DNA from: a virus
Virus record (IMG/VR): IMGVR_UViG_3300027805_000008
Span: 27,330-91,329 of that record
DNA: 64,000 nt
Reading direction: 5' to 3' (one strand)
Part shown: positions 30,871-41,190 of the stretch, piece after piece
How the letters are laid out: each line of letters starts with the position of its first letter
How positions within the stretch are numbered: position 1 is the stretch's first letter
Translations under genes and position numbers: made by a program
Notes under the pieces: generated by a model
What the model was told of the DNA's origin: nothing
The model's input: the letters and a program-made list of their open reading frames with translations, nothing else
Databases searched by the model: none

Positions 30871-31180
30871 GAAAGAGCCATATGTTTTAATTGGTCTATA
30901 CGAAAATCTTTATAACGAAAAGTATGGAAGAAAACCACGCATAAATAAATTTCGTGAGAAATGGGCTATGCAGGATGTTATTGACAGCGTAGGTTTTGAC
31001 AAAGCCAGGGATCTTTTGGTATATTATTTTAAGACAACGAAGTCTGGTCATCCACTTAACTTTTTTTTCTATAACTTTGATAAAATGGATTACGCAAAAA
31101 CAGAACGTGAAAAAGATGAGAAGCATCGTCGATTGCTACTTAAAGCAACGAAAGAATTAGTTGAAGGCGGGAACGAGTGA
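30860..31180 (+). CDS. hypothetical protein before helicase (possible loader)
   Basis: GAGG SD, GTG start, overlaps helicase start. Confidence 0.6.
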   Translation: MASEKEPYVLIGLYENLYNEKYGRKPRINKFREKWAMQDVIDSVGFDKARDLLVYYFKTTKSGHPLNFFFYNFDKMDYAKTEREKDEKHRRLLLKATKELVEGGNE

Positions 31181-32421
31181 ATACAGAAGCAGAATTAATC
31201 TCAGCAGTATGCAAGAATAAGGATATTAGCACACTCCTTGCAGACAATGTTGATGAAATATTCACATCTCACAAAGATATTTGGGATTCATTAAAGTCTT
31301 ATTATTATAAGTTTAAGGCAGTTCCAGAAGTTGGAATCCTTATGGAAAGATTTAAAGATTTTGATCCAGTTGAAACAAAGGGTGAGACTGGTTATTATTT
31401 AGATAAACTTAAGAATGAATATCTAACTGGAAGACTAAAGAATATTATTCTGCAAAGTGGATCTGCTCTAAGAGAAGATGCAGCTTCTAGAGTATTGGGT
31501 GACTTGCAGGCAAAGCTTTCACAGCTTTCAAAGTTTACCAATAACGTACGTGACGTAGATATTACTGATATCGAATTAGCGGAAAAGCATTTCTTGGCCG
31601 TTAAAGAGCGTTCTAATATTATGGGTGGCGCTCCAGGAATTCTAACAGGCTTCGACGCTATCGATAAGGCATATCCTACAGGAATGGCACCTGGACACCT
31701 TATTGTGGCTATTGGTTGGCCAGGACGTGGTAAAACATGGTTCACATCGTATCTTGCTTGTAAGGCCTGGGAGCAAGGGTTTAAGCCCATGATTGTATCT
31801 CTTGAAATGTCACCAGAGAATATGCGTGACCGTATTTACACAATGATGGGCTCTGGTCTATTTCGTGCCTCGGACTTCGCAAGAGGCGATGTTAACGTTG
31901 ATACCTTTAGGTCATGGGGTCAGAAAAGATTTGAAAACAAAAATGGATTCATTCTAGTATCTAACGAAGGTATGGGTGAAGTTAACGCTAATACTGTTCA
32001 GGCAAAGATAGATCAGCATAAACCAGACCTAGTAATCCTTGATTATCATCAGCTATTTTCAGATAATAAGAGAAGCTCTGGCGCAACTGAGCGCAACATG
32101 AATGTGTCTCGTGAATTTAAAATGCTAGCCATGACAAATAACATTCCAGTGATTGATATTACTGCAGCAACAATGGATGACATTACCGATCAGGATGCTC
32201 CGCCCATGCTGTCTCAGGTTGCTTGGTCAAAAGCAATTGAATATGATGCAGATATGGCAATTGCAATTCATAAGTATACAGATACTAATATGATTGAAGT
32301 TGTTAGTAGAAAGAATCGTCATGGTCAGGATTTTAATGTGTTCTTAGATTGGGATATCAACAGGGGTATCATCAAAGAGATTTATGAGAATCCGTTTGCT
32401 AATGACGCATCGAAAAATTAA
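31177..32421 (+). CDS. dnaB: DnaB-like replicative helicase
   Basis: Walker A GWPGRGKT, SLEM, ILDYHQL, IEYDAD, KNRHG. Confidence 0.93.
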   Translation: MNTEAELISAVCKNKDISTLLADNVDEIFTSHKDIWDSLKSYYYKFKAVPEVGILMERFKDFDPVETKGETGYYLDKLKNEYLTGRLKNIILQSGSALREDAASRVLGDLQAKLSQLSKFTNNVRDVDITDIELAEKHFLAVKERSNIMGGAPGILTGFDAIDKAYPTGMAPGHLIVAIGWPGRGKTWFTSYLACKAWEQGFKPMIVSLEMSPENMRDRIYTMMGSGLFRASDFARGDVNVDTFRSWGQKRFENKNGFILVSNEGMGEVNANTVQAKIDQHKPDLVILDYHQLFSDNKRSSGATERNMNVSREFKMLAMTNNIPVIDITAATMDDITDQDAPPMLSQVAWSKAIEYDADMAIAIHKYTDTNMIEVVSRKNRHGQDFNVFLDWDINRGIIKEIYENPFANDASKN

Positions 32422-32704
32422 AAGATTTCAAATCGATGTAGAGTTTCAAGATAATGCTCAGTTAATTAGTTTGAGACCACAGTATGAGAATTTACTGGTT
32501 CAGGACATGAGAGGTAAAGGCTACGTCAGAGTACTTGACATAGACCCAGCTTTTTCGGTAGAATTTACGGGCGAGACATGGAAGTTCTTGATGAGCATTC
32601 ATGGTGTTTATGTGGGAAAGAAGAAAGCATGGCAATTAGAGGGTATAACACAAGGGAAGTCGATACCACGCACTACACGCCAACGCACATCAAGTCGATC
32701 CTAA
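32402..32704 (+). CDS. hypothetical protein
   Basis: Fills gap between helicase and primase; start uncertain. Confidence 0.55.
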   Translation: MTHRKIKRFQIDVEFQDNAQLISLRPQYENLLVQDMRGKGYVRVLDIDPAFSVEFTGETWKFLMSIHGVYVGKKKAWQLEGITQGKSIPRTTRQRTSSRS

Positions 32705-33627
32705 AATCTATAGGACTTGAAATTGTTGGTGAGACTGGTAATGACTTTCTATGCTACTGCCCATTTCATTCCAATAGGCATACATCTAGTTTTAGCGTAA
32801 GTCGTGAAAAGGGGGCATTTATATGCTTTAATCCTTCATGCGGTGAGGCTGGAACTTTACAGGAGCTTGTAAAGCGTGTTATGAACAAGAACGAGTTTGA
32901 AGCAATGAGGTTTATTGCAACAAAAGAGGCTGAGTCACTAGAGAACTTTGACTCATTGCTTTCAGATGCCATGGAAGAAAAACCAGTATTTGAAGAATTT
33001 TCTTTAGACATATTAAATAAACTAAGTAAAGAATTGTTATCTACAGAAGAAGGAAAGTCTTATTTTAAATCTAGAGGTATCGAAGAAGAGTCTATGAGAC
33101 ACTTTGATTTAGGATACTCTAAGAATATGGGAATGGTTACAGTTCCAGTTCACAGCCCAGACGGAATGCCAATAGGAATTGTTGGCAGATCAATTGAAGG
33201 TAAGTCTTTTAAAAATAGCACCAATTTGCCAAAGAGCAAAACATTATTTAATATTCATCGTGCTAAAAAAATTGGTAACCATGTTATAGTTGTGGAGTCT
33301 AGCTTTGATGCAATCCGTGTGCATCAGGCTGGATTTCCAAATGTAGTTGCTACACTTGGTGGTTTTCTTTCCACAGAGCAGCAAAATCTTTTAAATAGAC
33401 ACTTTAATAAAATAACTGTTATGACTGATGCTGACCAAGCTGGTAGAGAATTAGGCAAAAGCATAGTAAATAAATTAAGGTTCAAAGACCTCTTGTGGGC
33501 TTCGTACGAATATGGTAAGATATATCCTCATGATGCAAAAGATGTTGGCGACATGACCGATGAGGAAATAAAAACCTGCATTAAAAATTCTGTATCCGAC
33601 ATAGAATACAGATCTTGGAACTCGTGA
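32629..33627 (+). CDS. dnaG: DNA primase (CHC2 zinc finger + Toprim)
   Basis: CPFH...CFNPSC, VVESSFDA, DADQAG, KDVGD. Confidence 0.92.
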   Translation: MAIRGYNTREVDTTHYTPTHIKSILKSIGLEIVGETGNDFLCYCPFHSNRHTSSFSVSREKGAFICFNPSCGEAGTLQELVKRVMNKNEFEAMRFIATKEAESLENFDSLLSDAMEEKPVFEEFSLDILNKLSKELLSTEEGKSYFKSRGIEEESMRHFDLGYSKNMGMVTVPVHSPDGMPIGIVGRSIEGKSFKNSTNLPKSKTLFNIHRAKKIGNHVIVVESSFDAIRVHQAGFPNVVATLGGFLSTEQQNLLNRHFNKITVMTDADQAGRELGKSIVNKLRFKDLLWASYEYGKIYPHDAKDVGDMTDEEIKTCIKNSVSDIEYRSWNS

Positions 33628-33679
33628 TATAATAAAAAATACAGATGGATTTATACCATCAACTATAAAGGAGATATAA

Positions 33680-34351
33680 ATGAGTATAGTAAAGGGTCTA
33701 AAAGACCTCAACAAGGCACTAGATAAGCCTACCTATAGCGGTGGCGATGAGAACAAGGGTCGTTGGCTAAAGATTGAAGACGGCGAAAGCGTAAAGATCA
33801 GATTCCTACAGGAACTTGATCCAGACTCACCAACATATAATGACAAGCTTGGATGCGGATTTATTGCATTAGAGCACACAAACCCAAAGGACTACCGTCG
33901 TAAGGCTCTAGATACAATGGAGACTGAGGGCCGTGATTGGGCAAACGAACAACACCGTAAGGATCCAAAGGCTGGCTGGAAAGCCAGAACACGCCTCTAC
34001 ATCAACGTCTTGGTGGACGATGGTAAAGAGGAGCCATACGTAGCAATTCTTTCACAAGGAACAAGCGGTAAAACAATTACTCCTACCCTAATTGAATACG
34101 CTGGTGAAATGGGAAGCATCACAAACCTAATGTGGAGAATCAAGCGTAACGGTTCAAAAACAGATACAAGTTATACAATTATTCCATTAGGAAAAGACGA
34201 AGCTCCATTTGATTTTTCAGGACTAGAATTGTATGATCTTGAAAAGACTGCAGTTCGTCATGTTCCATATGCAGAGCAAGAAGCTTTTTATATGGGAGAA
34301 AATGGTAATACAGAAGAGTCTTCTGCTTCATCTAGCAGCGTAGACTGGTAA
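33680..34351 (+). CDS. single-stranded DNA-binding protein (gp32-like)
   Basis: KIEDGESVKIRFL, RLYINVL, IKRNGSKTDTSYTI, acidic tail ending DW; TG-n-TATAAT at 33625-33633. Confidence 0.75.
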   Translation: MSIVKGLKDLNKALDKPTYSGGDENKGRWLKIEDGESVKIRFLQELDPDSPTYNDKLGCGFIALEHTNPKDYRRKALDTMETEGRDWANEQHRKDPKAGWKARTRLYINVLVDDGKEEPYVAILSQGTSGKTITPTLIEYAGEMGSITNLMWRIKRNGSKTDTSYTIIPLGKDEAPFDFSGLELYDLEKTAVRHVPYAEQEAFYMGENGNTEESSASSSSVDW

Positions 34352-34375
34352 TATAAAGTTAAAGGCGGAGAGTTA

Positions 34376-37300
34376 ATGTCATTCACACATTTACATGTGC
34401 ATTCTTACTATTCATTAATGGATGGTCTTAACTCTCCTGCCGAACTTGTAAAAGCAGCGAAAGATGCTGGCCAAACAGCATTGGCAATAACAGATCACGG
34501 AACATTATCTTCGCACCGTGAAATGCAGATTGCGTGTAAGGAGCAGGGCATCAAACCCATCCTTGGAGTAGAAGCGTATATATCCCCGACAGATAGGTTT
34601 GATCGCTCCTCTAAAACAGATAAGTCTATTCAAGCTTACAATCATATTATTTTATTAGCAAAGAATAAAAAAGGCCTTGAGAATATAAATATTTTGCAAG
34701 AGCTTGCTTGGAATGAAGGCTTTTATCATAAGCCACGTATTGATAGAGAGGTATTAAAAGAATATGCAGAAGGCATTATTGTCCTTTCTGGTTGCCTTAA
34801 CGGACTTATTTCTAAGGCTATTGAGAAGGGCGAATTTTCAGAAGCCAAGCTTATACTCAAAGATTTTAGTAACACTTTTGGAAAAGACTTTTATATTGAG
34901 GTGCAGTCTCATAATCCGCATGAAATAAATTCTAAGCTTTTAGAGTTAGCGGATGAACTTAAAATTAAGGCGGTGGCAACAGGAGATGCTCACTTTGCTA
35001 AAGAAGAAGATCGTATATTAGAAGAGGCTATGCTTATTCTATCAACATCCCCTAAGTCTGATAAAGAAGCAGACTTTGATATGTCTAGGAATATTAAAGA
35101 TATGTTAGATAGATTTAACTATCTTTATCCAGACAGAAAGATCTCATTTGCAGACTATAATTTATTCATTCAGACTAGAGATGAAATTGAGGCTGACTTT
35201 AATAAGGCTGGAATTACTCGCAAGGATATCTATGAGAATACAATGGAGATAGCCGATAAAATTGGAGAATACGACTTTAACAGTGGATTAGACCTGCTCC
35301 CTGTCCCTAAGACCAATGCTGATAAAAAGCTTTCTGAAATGGCCTTAGAAGGCCTTAAAAGGCTAAACCTGTCAGGGGATAAGGTCTACCTAGACAGACT
35401 TGAAGAGGAGTTATCTGTAATTAAAGATAAGTCGTTTGCCTCATATTTTCTAGTTGTTGGAGACATGATTAATTGGGCCAAGGAAAATAATATTATGGTT
35501 GGTCCAGGACGTGGATCTGCCGCTGGATCTTTAGTTTGCTATACATTGGGTATCACGGATGTGGATCCAATTAAATATGACCTTCTATTCTTCCGTTTTA
35601 TTAACCCAGAACGTAATGACTTTCCTGATATAGACACGGACTTTGAAGACCGCCGTCGTAAAGAAGTTAAAGATTATTTAAAGAAAAAGTTTAAGCACGT
35701 TGCATCTATTTCAACATACACATACTTCAAGGATAAAGGTGTAATTCGTGATGCTGCTCGTGTATTCATGGTGCCGTTGTCTGATGTTAATCGTGCAATG
35801 AAATCAATCGATACGTTTGAAGACTTTATGGATTCTCCAAATACAAAAGAATTTAGAATGAAATACCCAGAAGTCGTCTGGCTTGCAGAAAGATTGCGTG
35901 GCAAGATTCGAAGCGTAGGCGTACATGCTGCGGGAGTTGTTGTAGCTAAAGATGACATTCGTAAGTTTGCTCCAGTAGAATCTCGTGCAGATGCTAGTGA
36001 TGATGTGTCAGGTAGAATTCCAGTCGTTGCATACGACATGGATACGGTTGCAGATATAGGTCTTATTAAACTAGATGCACTAGGACTTAAGACCTTATCT
36101 GTGATATCAGATACATTAAAGTCTATTAAGGATCGAAGCGGGAAGCAAATTAATCTTTCCAGCCTTCCTTTAGACGACCCTAAAGTTTATAAGACACTAA
36201 GCGAAGGATATACAAAGGGAGTGTTCCAGGCAGAAGCAACTCCATATACTAACCTATTGATTAAAATGGGAGTAAGCGTATTTGAAGATCTTGCTGCATC
36301 AAATGCATTGGTAAGACCAGGAGCTATGAATACTGTGGGAGCATCTTACATTAAACGTAAGCATGGCCAAGAAGCTGTTCAGTACATCCACCCAATCATG
36401 AAGCCTTTTACAGAAAATACATACGGTGTTATTATATATCAAGAGCAGGTTATGCAGGCTTGTGTACACTTAGGCGGAATGTCTTGGTCAGAGGCTGATA
36501 AAGTCCGAAAGATTATTGGAAAGAAGAAAGATGCAAAAGAATTTGACGAGTTCAAAGATAGGTTTATTATTGGGGCTTCAAAACACATTTCTAAGAAGCA
36601 AGCCGAAACCTTATGGCATACTTTCGAGGCTCATGCTGGCTATTCTTTTAACCGCTCTCATGCTGTTGCTTATTCCATGCTTTCTTATTATACTGCTTGG
36701 CTTAAAACTTATTACCCTCTTGAATTTATGTTTTCAATTCTTAAAAACGAAAATGATAAAGATGTTCGTACAGAATATTTAATTGAAGCCAAGAGGCTAG
36801 GTCTTAAAGTATTACTTCCTCATGTTAATGAGTCAGATATTTACTTCTCCTTGCAAAAAGATGCAATCAGGTTTGGGCTTGCAGAAGTTAAGTTTATTTC
36901 TGATAGTATTGCAAATAAGATCATGGAAAAAAGGCCATACGCTAACTACTCTGATTTTATAGATAAGGCTTCTAAAAAGGGAAGCGGAATTAATAGCAGA
37001 GCAATATCTGCATTAAATTCTATTGGTGCAGCAGCATTCGAAGATAATCCTAGACAAGGTAACGAAAAGGATAACTATTATGAGTATCTTGGCATTCCAA
37101 CATTTAATCTGGATCTGCCTCCAAGAATTAAAACTCAAGCAAGACCAATTTCAGAATTTGATGACCTAGGGTCTTTTGTTATGTTTGGTATGGCAAAATC
37201 TATTAAAAGAGGTAATGGGTGGGCAAGAATTGAGCTTGTAGATGAAACTGGGTCTATCGGGTTATTCCATAATGAACAAACACCAATTGAAACAAATCAG

Positions 37301-37642
37301 ATGTACTTTATTCTTGTCGGAGATAACAGAATTGCACGTTACGTAAAGGTTCAAGATATCGGTCCAGACTCAAAGGATTCTTTCGTAGACTTTTTGTACA
37401 GAAAAGAATATGCTCTTGCCGATAACGAATATGTTGTCGTAGACTTTACGCCTTATAAAACAAAGGCTGGCAAAACTATGGCACATATCGTAATGTCAGA
37501 CAAGGATAAAAATTTAACTAGAGCTATTGTATTTTCTAGTATGTATAAGATTGCCTTAGCAAAAATGCGTGAGGGAATGACATGTCAGGTAGTATTATCT
37601 AAACTAGATGATGGAACTCTGATGGTTAAGGAGATAAAGTGA
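34376..37642 (+). CDS. dnaE: DNA polymerase III alpha subunit
   Basis: PHP HLHVHS..SLMDG/TDHG, GPGRGSAAGS, PDIDTD, HAAGVV, YSFNRSHA; no intein. Confidence 0.97.
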   Translation: MSFTHLHVHSYYSLMDGLNSPAELVKAAKDAGQTALAITDHGTLSSHREMQIACKEQGIKPILGVEAYISPTDRFDRSSKTDKSIQAYNHIILLAKNKKGLENINILQELAWNEGFYHKPRIDREVLKEYAEGIIVLSGCLNGLISKAIEKGEFSEAKLILKDFSNTFGKDFYIEVQSHNPHEINSKLLELADELKIKAVATGDAHFAKEEDRILEEAMLILSTSPKSDKEADFDMSRNIKDMLDRFNYLYPDRKISFADYNLFIQTRDEIEADFNKAGITRKDIYENTMEIADKIGEYDFNSGLDLLPVPKTNADKKLSEMALEGLKRLNLSGDKVYLDRLEEELSVIKDKSFASYFLVVGDMINWAKENNIMVGPGRGSAAGSLVCYTLGITDVDPIKYDLLFFRFINPERNDFPDIDTDFEDRRRKEVKDYLKKKFKHVASISTYTYFKDKGVIRDAARVFMVPLSDVNRAMKSIDTFEDFMDSPNTKEFRMKYPEVVWLAERLRGKIRSVGVHAAGVVVAKDDIRKFAPVESRADASDDVSGRIPVVAYDMDTVADIGLIKLDALGLKTLSVISDTLKSIKDRSGKQINLSSLPLDDPKVYKTLSEGYTKGVFQAEATPYTNLLIKMGVSVFEDLAASNALVRPGAMNTVGASYIKRKHGQEAVQYIHPIMKPFTENTYGVIIYQEQVMQACVHLGGMSWSEADKVRKIIGKKKDAKEFDEFKDRFIIGASKHISKKQAETLWHTFEAHAGYSFNRSHAVAYSMLSYYTAWLKTYYPLEFMFSILKNENDKDVRTEYLIEAKRLGLKVLLPHVNESDIYFSLQKDAIRFGLAEVKFISDSIANKIMEKRPYANYSDFIDKASKKGSGINSRAISALNSIGAAAFEDNPRQGNEKDNYYEYLGIPTFNLDLPPRIKTQARPISEFDDLGSFVMFGMAKSIKRGNGWARIELVDETGSIGLFHNEQTPIETNQMYFILVGDNRIARYVKVQDIGPDSKDSFVDFLYRKEYALADNEYVVVDFTPYKTKAGKTMAHIVMSDKDKNLTRAIVFSSMYKIALAKMREGMTCQVVLSKLDDGTLMVKEIK

Positions 37643-37842
37643 CAGAAAATGTAGAAGGGCCAATTCAGTCCGTTAGTATAAATCAAATTTTAGTAGCCAT
37701 ACTAGAAGAGCATGGAAAAATTACTGTGCCAACTCTAAAGTTTTTAGATGCCGCACAAACCGATAAAGAATTAGTTATAGATTATGATGAAACCGTTCCA
37801 TCATTTACTTTTAGCTTAAGGGATAAAATTGAACAGCAATAA
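37639..37842 (+). CDS. hypothetical protein
   Basis: SD AAGGAG, GTGA overlap. Confidence 0.65.
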   Translation: MTENVEGPIQSVSINQILVAILEEHGKITVPTLKFLDAAQTDKELVIDYDETVPSFTFSLRDKIEQQ

Positions 37843-38176
37843 TATTTTAACAGAATATGGGCTTGATGCATTATCTGCAGTGCTTCATGAAACAGCAAGA
37901 GAGAAGGGGTTTTGGGATGGAGAATATTCTAATGACAAGATTGGAAACAAGCTTGCACTCGTACATTCAGAAGTTACTGAAGTATTAGAAGCAATTAGAA
38001 AGTCTAAGGGAAGCGAATATATTGTAGAAGAAATGGCAGATGTTATTATTCGCCTACTAGATGTATACGCTGCAATGAGAAATGAAGAGCAAATTCTTCA
38101 TAGTTTGGATGAAATATTAGAGACAAAAATAAATAAAAACAAAGATCGTCCAAGACTTCACGGCAACCTTTTTTAA
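37829..38176 (+). CDS. MazG-like nucleotide pyrophosphohydrolase
   Basis: LVHSEVTEVLEA...EEMADVIIRLLD...K..KN..RP. Confidence 0.85.
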   Translation: MNSNNILTEYGLDALSAVLHETAREKGFWDGEYSNDKIGNKLALVHSEVTEVLEAIRKSKGSEYIVEEMADVIIRLLDVYAAMRNEEQILHSLDEILETKINKNKDRPRLHGNLF

Positions 38177-38209
38177 TGATATAATGAGCAGAGAGAAGAA
38201 AGAATAATA

Positions 38210-39214
38210 ATGAAAATTGTATTAGATGATATATTGGCAAAATTAGATCCAAAAACAAGAGCAAGAGTTCAGTCGGCAGTAGATGTAAATGTAGATAAGC
38301 AACCAACTCCAAGCATAGGTCTTAACCTGGCCTTGAAGGGTGGACTTGCCTACGGCAGGCAGATCCTTGTTTGGGGAAATAAATCAGCTGGAAAGTCTTC
38401 TTTTTGCTTACAAATGATTGCACTAGCTCAAAAAGAAGGAAAGACATGCGCCTGGATTGATGCAGAGCATTCTTATGACCCAGCGTGGGCAGAACTTTTA
38501 GGAGTAGATTCTGAAAAATTAATTTATTCACCAGCAAAAACTGTTAATGATATGGTTGATGTTGCAACCAAGCTTATGGATGCAGGCGTGGATATGATTG
38601 TAGTAGATTCTATTTCAGCATTACTACCAGCAATTTATTTTGAAAAAGATGGAAATGAAATGAAAGATTTGCAAGACACAAAGCAAATCGGTGCAGAAGC
38701 AAAGGATATGACACATGCGGTTAAAATGCTTAACTACGCAAACAAGAACACGCTTCTTGTCCTTATCTCTCAACAGCGCAATCAATTCGGATCAATGCAT
38801 GCGAGCCATATCCCAACAGGAGGGATGGCAGTTAAATTCTTCTCCTCTACAGTTATTAAATTATGGTCTTCAGAAGCTGAAGCTAATGCTATCAAGGCTG
38901 GCATTAAGGTTGGCGATAAGATTATTGAGCAAAGAGTCGGAAGACCAGTAAATTGGATTATTGATTATAATAAGGTTGGGCCACCAAATCTTTCAGGTCA
39001 ATATGATTTTTACTACCAGGGCGATACCCTGGGTATTGACGCTATAGGAGAAACTCTTGATGTTGCAGAAATGTGCGGAATCGTGGAAAAAGGTGGTGCT
39101 TGGTATACCGTTAATGGAGAAAGATTGCAGGGAAGAGCAAAAGCAGTGCAGTACCTTCGTGATAATCCAGAAGTAGTTATATTACTACAAGAGGAGATAC
39201 GTGCCAAATCTTAA
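38210..39214 (+). CDS. recA: RecA-like recombinase
   Basis: GNKSAGKS, WIDAEH, VVDSI, TGGMAVKFFSS, KGGAWY. Confidence 0.93.
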   Translation: MKIVLDDILAKLDPKTRARVQSAVDVNVDKQPTPSIGLNLALKGGLAYGRQILVWGNKSAGKSSFCLQMIALAQKEGKTCAWIDAEHSYDPAWAELLGVDSEKLIYSPAKTVNDMVDVATKLMDAGVDMIVVDSISALLPAIYFEKDGNEMKDLQDTKQIGAEAKDMTHAVKMLNYANKNTLLVLISQQRNQFGSMHASHIPTGGMAVKFFSSTVIKLWSSEAEANAIKAGIKVGDKIIEQRVGRPVNWIIDYNKVGPPNLSGQYDFYYQGDTLGIDAIGETLDVAEMCGIVEKGGAWYTVNGERLQGRAKAVQYLRDNPEVVILLQEEIRAKS

Positions 39215-39386
39215 TGAGTTTTTTCATAAAGAAGAAATTAAAGCAGTCGAGCTTGAGCGTTTGGGTGGTAAAAAGCCATGTAATAAATGCGATAAAGATG
39301 CAGAAGAATATTTTTGGGATGCAACTACATTAACAATGAGTTGGACATGTCCAGATGGACATGATAATAGTTATAGGATTAAGTAA
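39201..39386 (+). CDS. small zinc-binding protein
   Basis: CNKC...CPDGH; GAGG SD. Confidence 0.65.
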   Translation: MPNLNEFFHKEEIKAVELERLGGKKPCNKCDKDAEEYFWDATTLTMSWTCPDGHDNSYRIK

Positions 39387-39700
39387 TGTCTGAAAGATCT
39401 GAAGTAAAACGTGATGGGGCCAAGGCTCAAAAAAACAGTGGGCGTGGCGATTATCAAAAAGGCGACGCTAAATGGAATCAATTTTTAGTAGATTATAAAG
39501 AGGCCTCGTCTTCTTTTACTTTAAATAAACCAGTATGGTCTAAAATATGTACTGATACTTTTAAGGTAAGCAGAGATATGCATCCAGCATTAAAGATTAT
39601 TATTGGAACAGAGTCTAAAGTTAGACTTGGAATTATAGAATGGGCAGTCTTAGAAGAACTGATCCAGTTTTGGGAGGATAACAATGGCGAACAAGCGTAG
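39386..39700 (+). CDS. PD-(D/E)xK nuclease, Holliday junction resolvase-like
   Basis: E...NSG...KGD...VDYK pattern. Confidence 0.7.
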   Translation: MSERSEVKRDGAKAQKNSGRGDYQKGDAKWNQFLVDYKEASSSFTLNKPVWSKICTDTFKVSRDMHPALKIIIGTESKVRLGIIEWAVLEELIQFWEDNNGEQA

Positions 39701-39812
39701 GTTTAATGACACAATTATTAAAAATGGAATGATTGTAAAGATTCGTAAAGATGGCACAATACGATCAGTAGTTGGTCCGTATATAGTAAATCACAAAAAG
39801 GCAAAGCAATGA
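39684..39812 (+). CDS. 42-aa basic microprotein (not in ORF track)
   Basis: GGAGG SD; MANKRRFNDTIIKNGMIVKIRKDGTIRSVVGPYIVNHKKAKQ. Confidence 0.6.
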   Translation: MANKRRFNDTIIKNGMIVKIRKDGTIRSVVGPYIVNHKKAKQ

Positions 39813-39964
39813 AAGAAATAATTTATACTACCTTAACTGGAGTTGCAGTAGGAGGGATATTTAGTATATTTAAACTACCTATTCCTGCACCACCAGTATT
39901 TGCTGGACTCATGGGAATTGTTGGTTTGTGGATCGGATACGGTCTAGTTCAAAGGTTCGCATAA
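39809..39964 (+). CDS. XapX/DUF1427-like small membrane protein (51 aa, not in ORF track)
   Basis: G.AVGGIF..FKLPIPAPP..AGLMGIVGLWIG signature; ATGA and TAATG coupling. Confidence 0.75.
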   Translation: MKEIIYTTLTGVAVGGIFSIFKLPIPAPPVFAGLMGIVGLWIGYGLVQRFA

Positions 39965-40074
39965 TGGAAATATTTCTTCTTGGAATGATGATTGGTTTTG
40001 CAGTTGGATACCCAATGGGGTTATTTGTAGATAAGTTGGATAAGAAAGAGAAGGCTAAGAATGGCGGAAGATAA
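39964..40074 (+). CDS. 36-aa single-TM microprotein
   Basis: MEIFLLGMMIGFAVGYPMGLFVDKLDKK...; coupled start. Confidence 0.55.
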   Translation: MEIFLLGMMIGFAVGYPMGLFVDKLDKKEKAKNGGR

Positions 40075-40399
40075 GAATACTTTAGAGTTAATTAGCTCTA
40101 TTACTGAGTTTAATGATTTGCATGAGTATATGGGAGATGATCAATTAGATAAGGCTTTGGCTATTGTTGTAAAACTATTAATGAACCCAGATGTTCCTTC
40201 AGCCAAGGCACCGTATTTGATTATTGAGCTTCAGGCAATGTCTACTAAGTTTTCAATGATGGCGTCATACTATTCTACAATAGCTAAGGATAAGGCTGGA
40301 ACTACAAATAACAACAAGAAAAACATTTATTATTCAGCAAAGGAGTCCATAGACAAACTTGTAGATGCACTCAAATATGTCGTTAGGTATAATTCGTAA
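40061..40399 (+). CDS. hypothetical helical protein
   Basis: ORF coupled to the Cas4-like gene. Confidence 0.65.
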   Translation: MAEDKNTLELISSITEFNDLHEYMGDDQLDKALAIVVKLLMNPDVPSAKAPYLIIELQAMSTKFSMMASYYSTIAKDKAGTTNNNKKNIYYSAKESIDKLVDALKYVVRYNS

Positions 40400-41190
40400 T
40401 GGGTAGAGATATTGTAAAGAACCTTAAGTTTAAGAAGCATACTGGTAAACATTTTGACCCAGAACTATTTGCACAGTTGCTTGATGAGTCATACCGAAAT
40501 ACAAAACGTGCAGATGGAGAGATGACTAAGAAGTCATTTAGCCCAAGCTCTTTAGGATACGGTCATGGAACATGCCCAAGATATTGGTACATGGCTTTTA
40601 GCGGTGCAATGTTTATTGATGATAACGATGCCGTGGCTGTTGCTAATATGGCTCAAGGGACACAGGCACATGAAAGACTTCAGAAGTTAATTGCTACAAT
40701 GCCACAGTTTGTTGCCGAAGAAGAAGAGATTATTAATGAGTATCCTCCTATTCGTGGGTTTATTGACTTGATTATGGAATATGATAATGAAAAAGTAATT
40801 GGTGAAATTAAAACTGCTAAGCAAGAAGTGTGGGATGCTCGTCAGTCTGAAATGAAGCCCACACCCAATCACCTGCTTCAGTTGCTAACATATATGAAAC
40901 TTAAGAATGCTAAAGAAGGATTTTTTCTTTATGAAAATAAGAATACTCAAGAGCTAATCGTTATTCCAGTTTCTATGAATGAAAAGAATACTAAGATTAT
41001 TGAAGATACATTTACTTGGATGTGCGAAGTATGGGATAATTTTAAAGACGGAGATTTGCCAATGAGACCAGAAGGATCTTCAAAGTCTAAGATGCCCTGC
41101 ACATATTGCCCAATCAAGAAAGAATGCTACAGTAAAGATACCCCTGTCGGTACTGTTCAGATAGAGTTGTTTTCGGTACCCAAAGTATGA
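40399..41190 (+). CDS. Cas4-like PD-(D/E)xK exonuclease
   Basis: PSS...CPR, GTQAH, GFID, EIKT, QLLTY, C-terminal CTYC....C. Confidence 0.85.
   Translation: MGRDIVKNLKFKKHTGKHFDPELFAQLLDESYRNTKRADGEMTKKSFSPSSLGYGHGTCPRYWYMAFSGAMFIDDNDAVAVANMAQGTQAHERLQKLIATMPQFVAEEEEIINEYPPIRGFIDLIMEYDNEKVIGEIKTAKQEVWDARQSEMKPTPNHLLQLLTYMKLKNAKEGFFLYENKNTQELIVIPVSMNEKNTKIIEDTFTWMCEVWDNFKDGDLPMRPEGSSKSKMPCTYCPIKKECYSKDTPVGTVQIELFSVPKV

Noticed and set aside
40399-41190. Cas4-like gene as evidence of a CRISPR system
   Set aside because: No repeat-spacer array or other cas gene seen; stand-alone Cas4-like nucleases are common in phages
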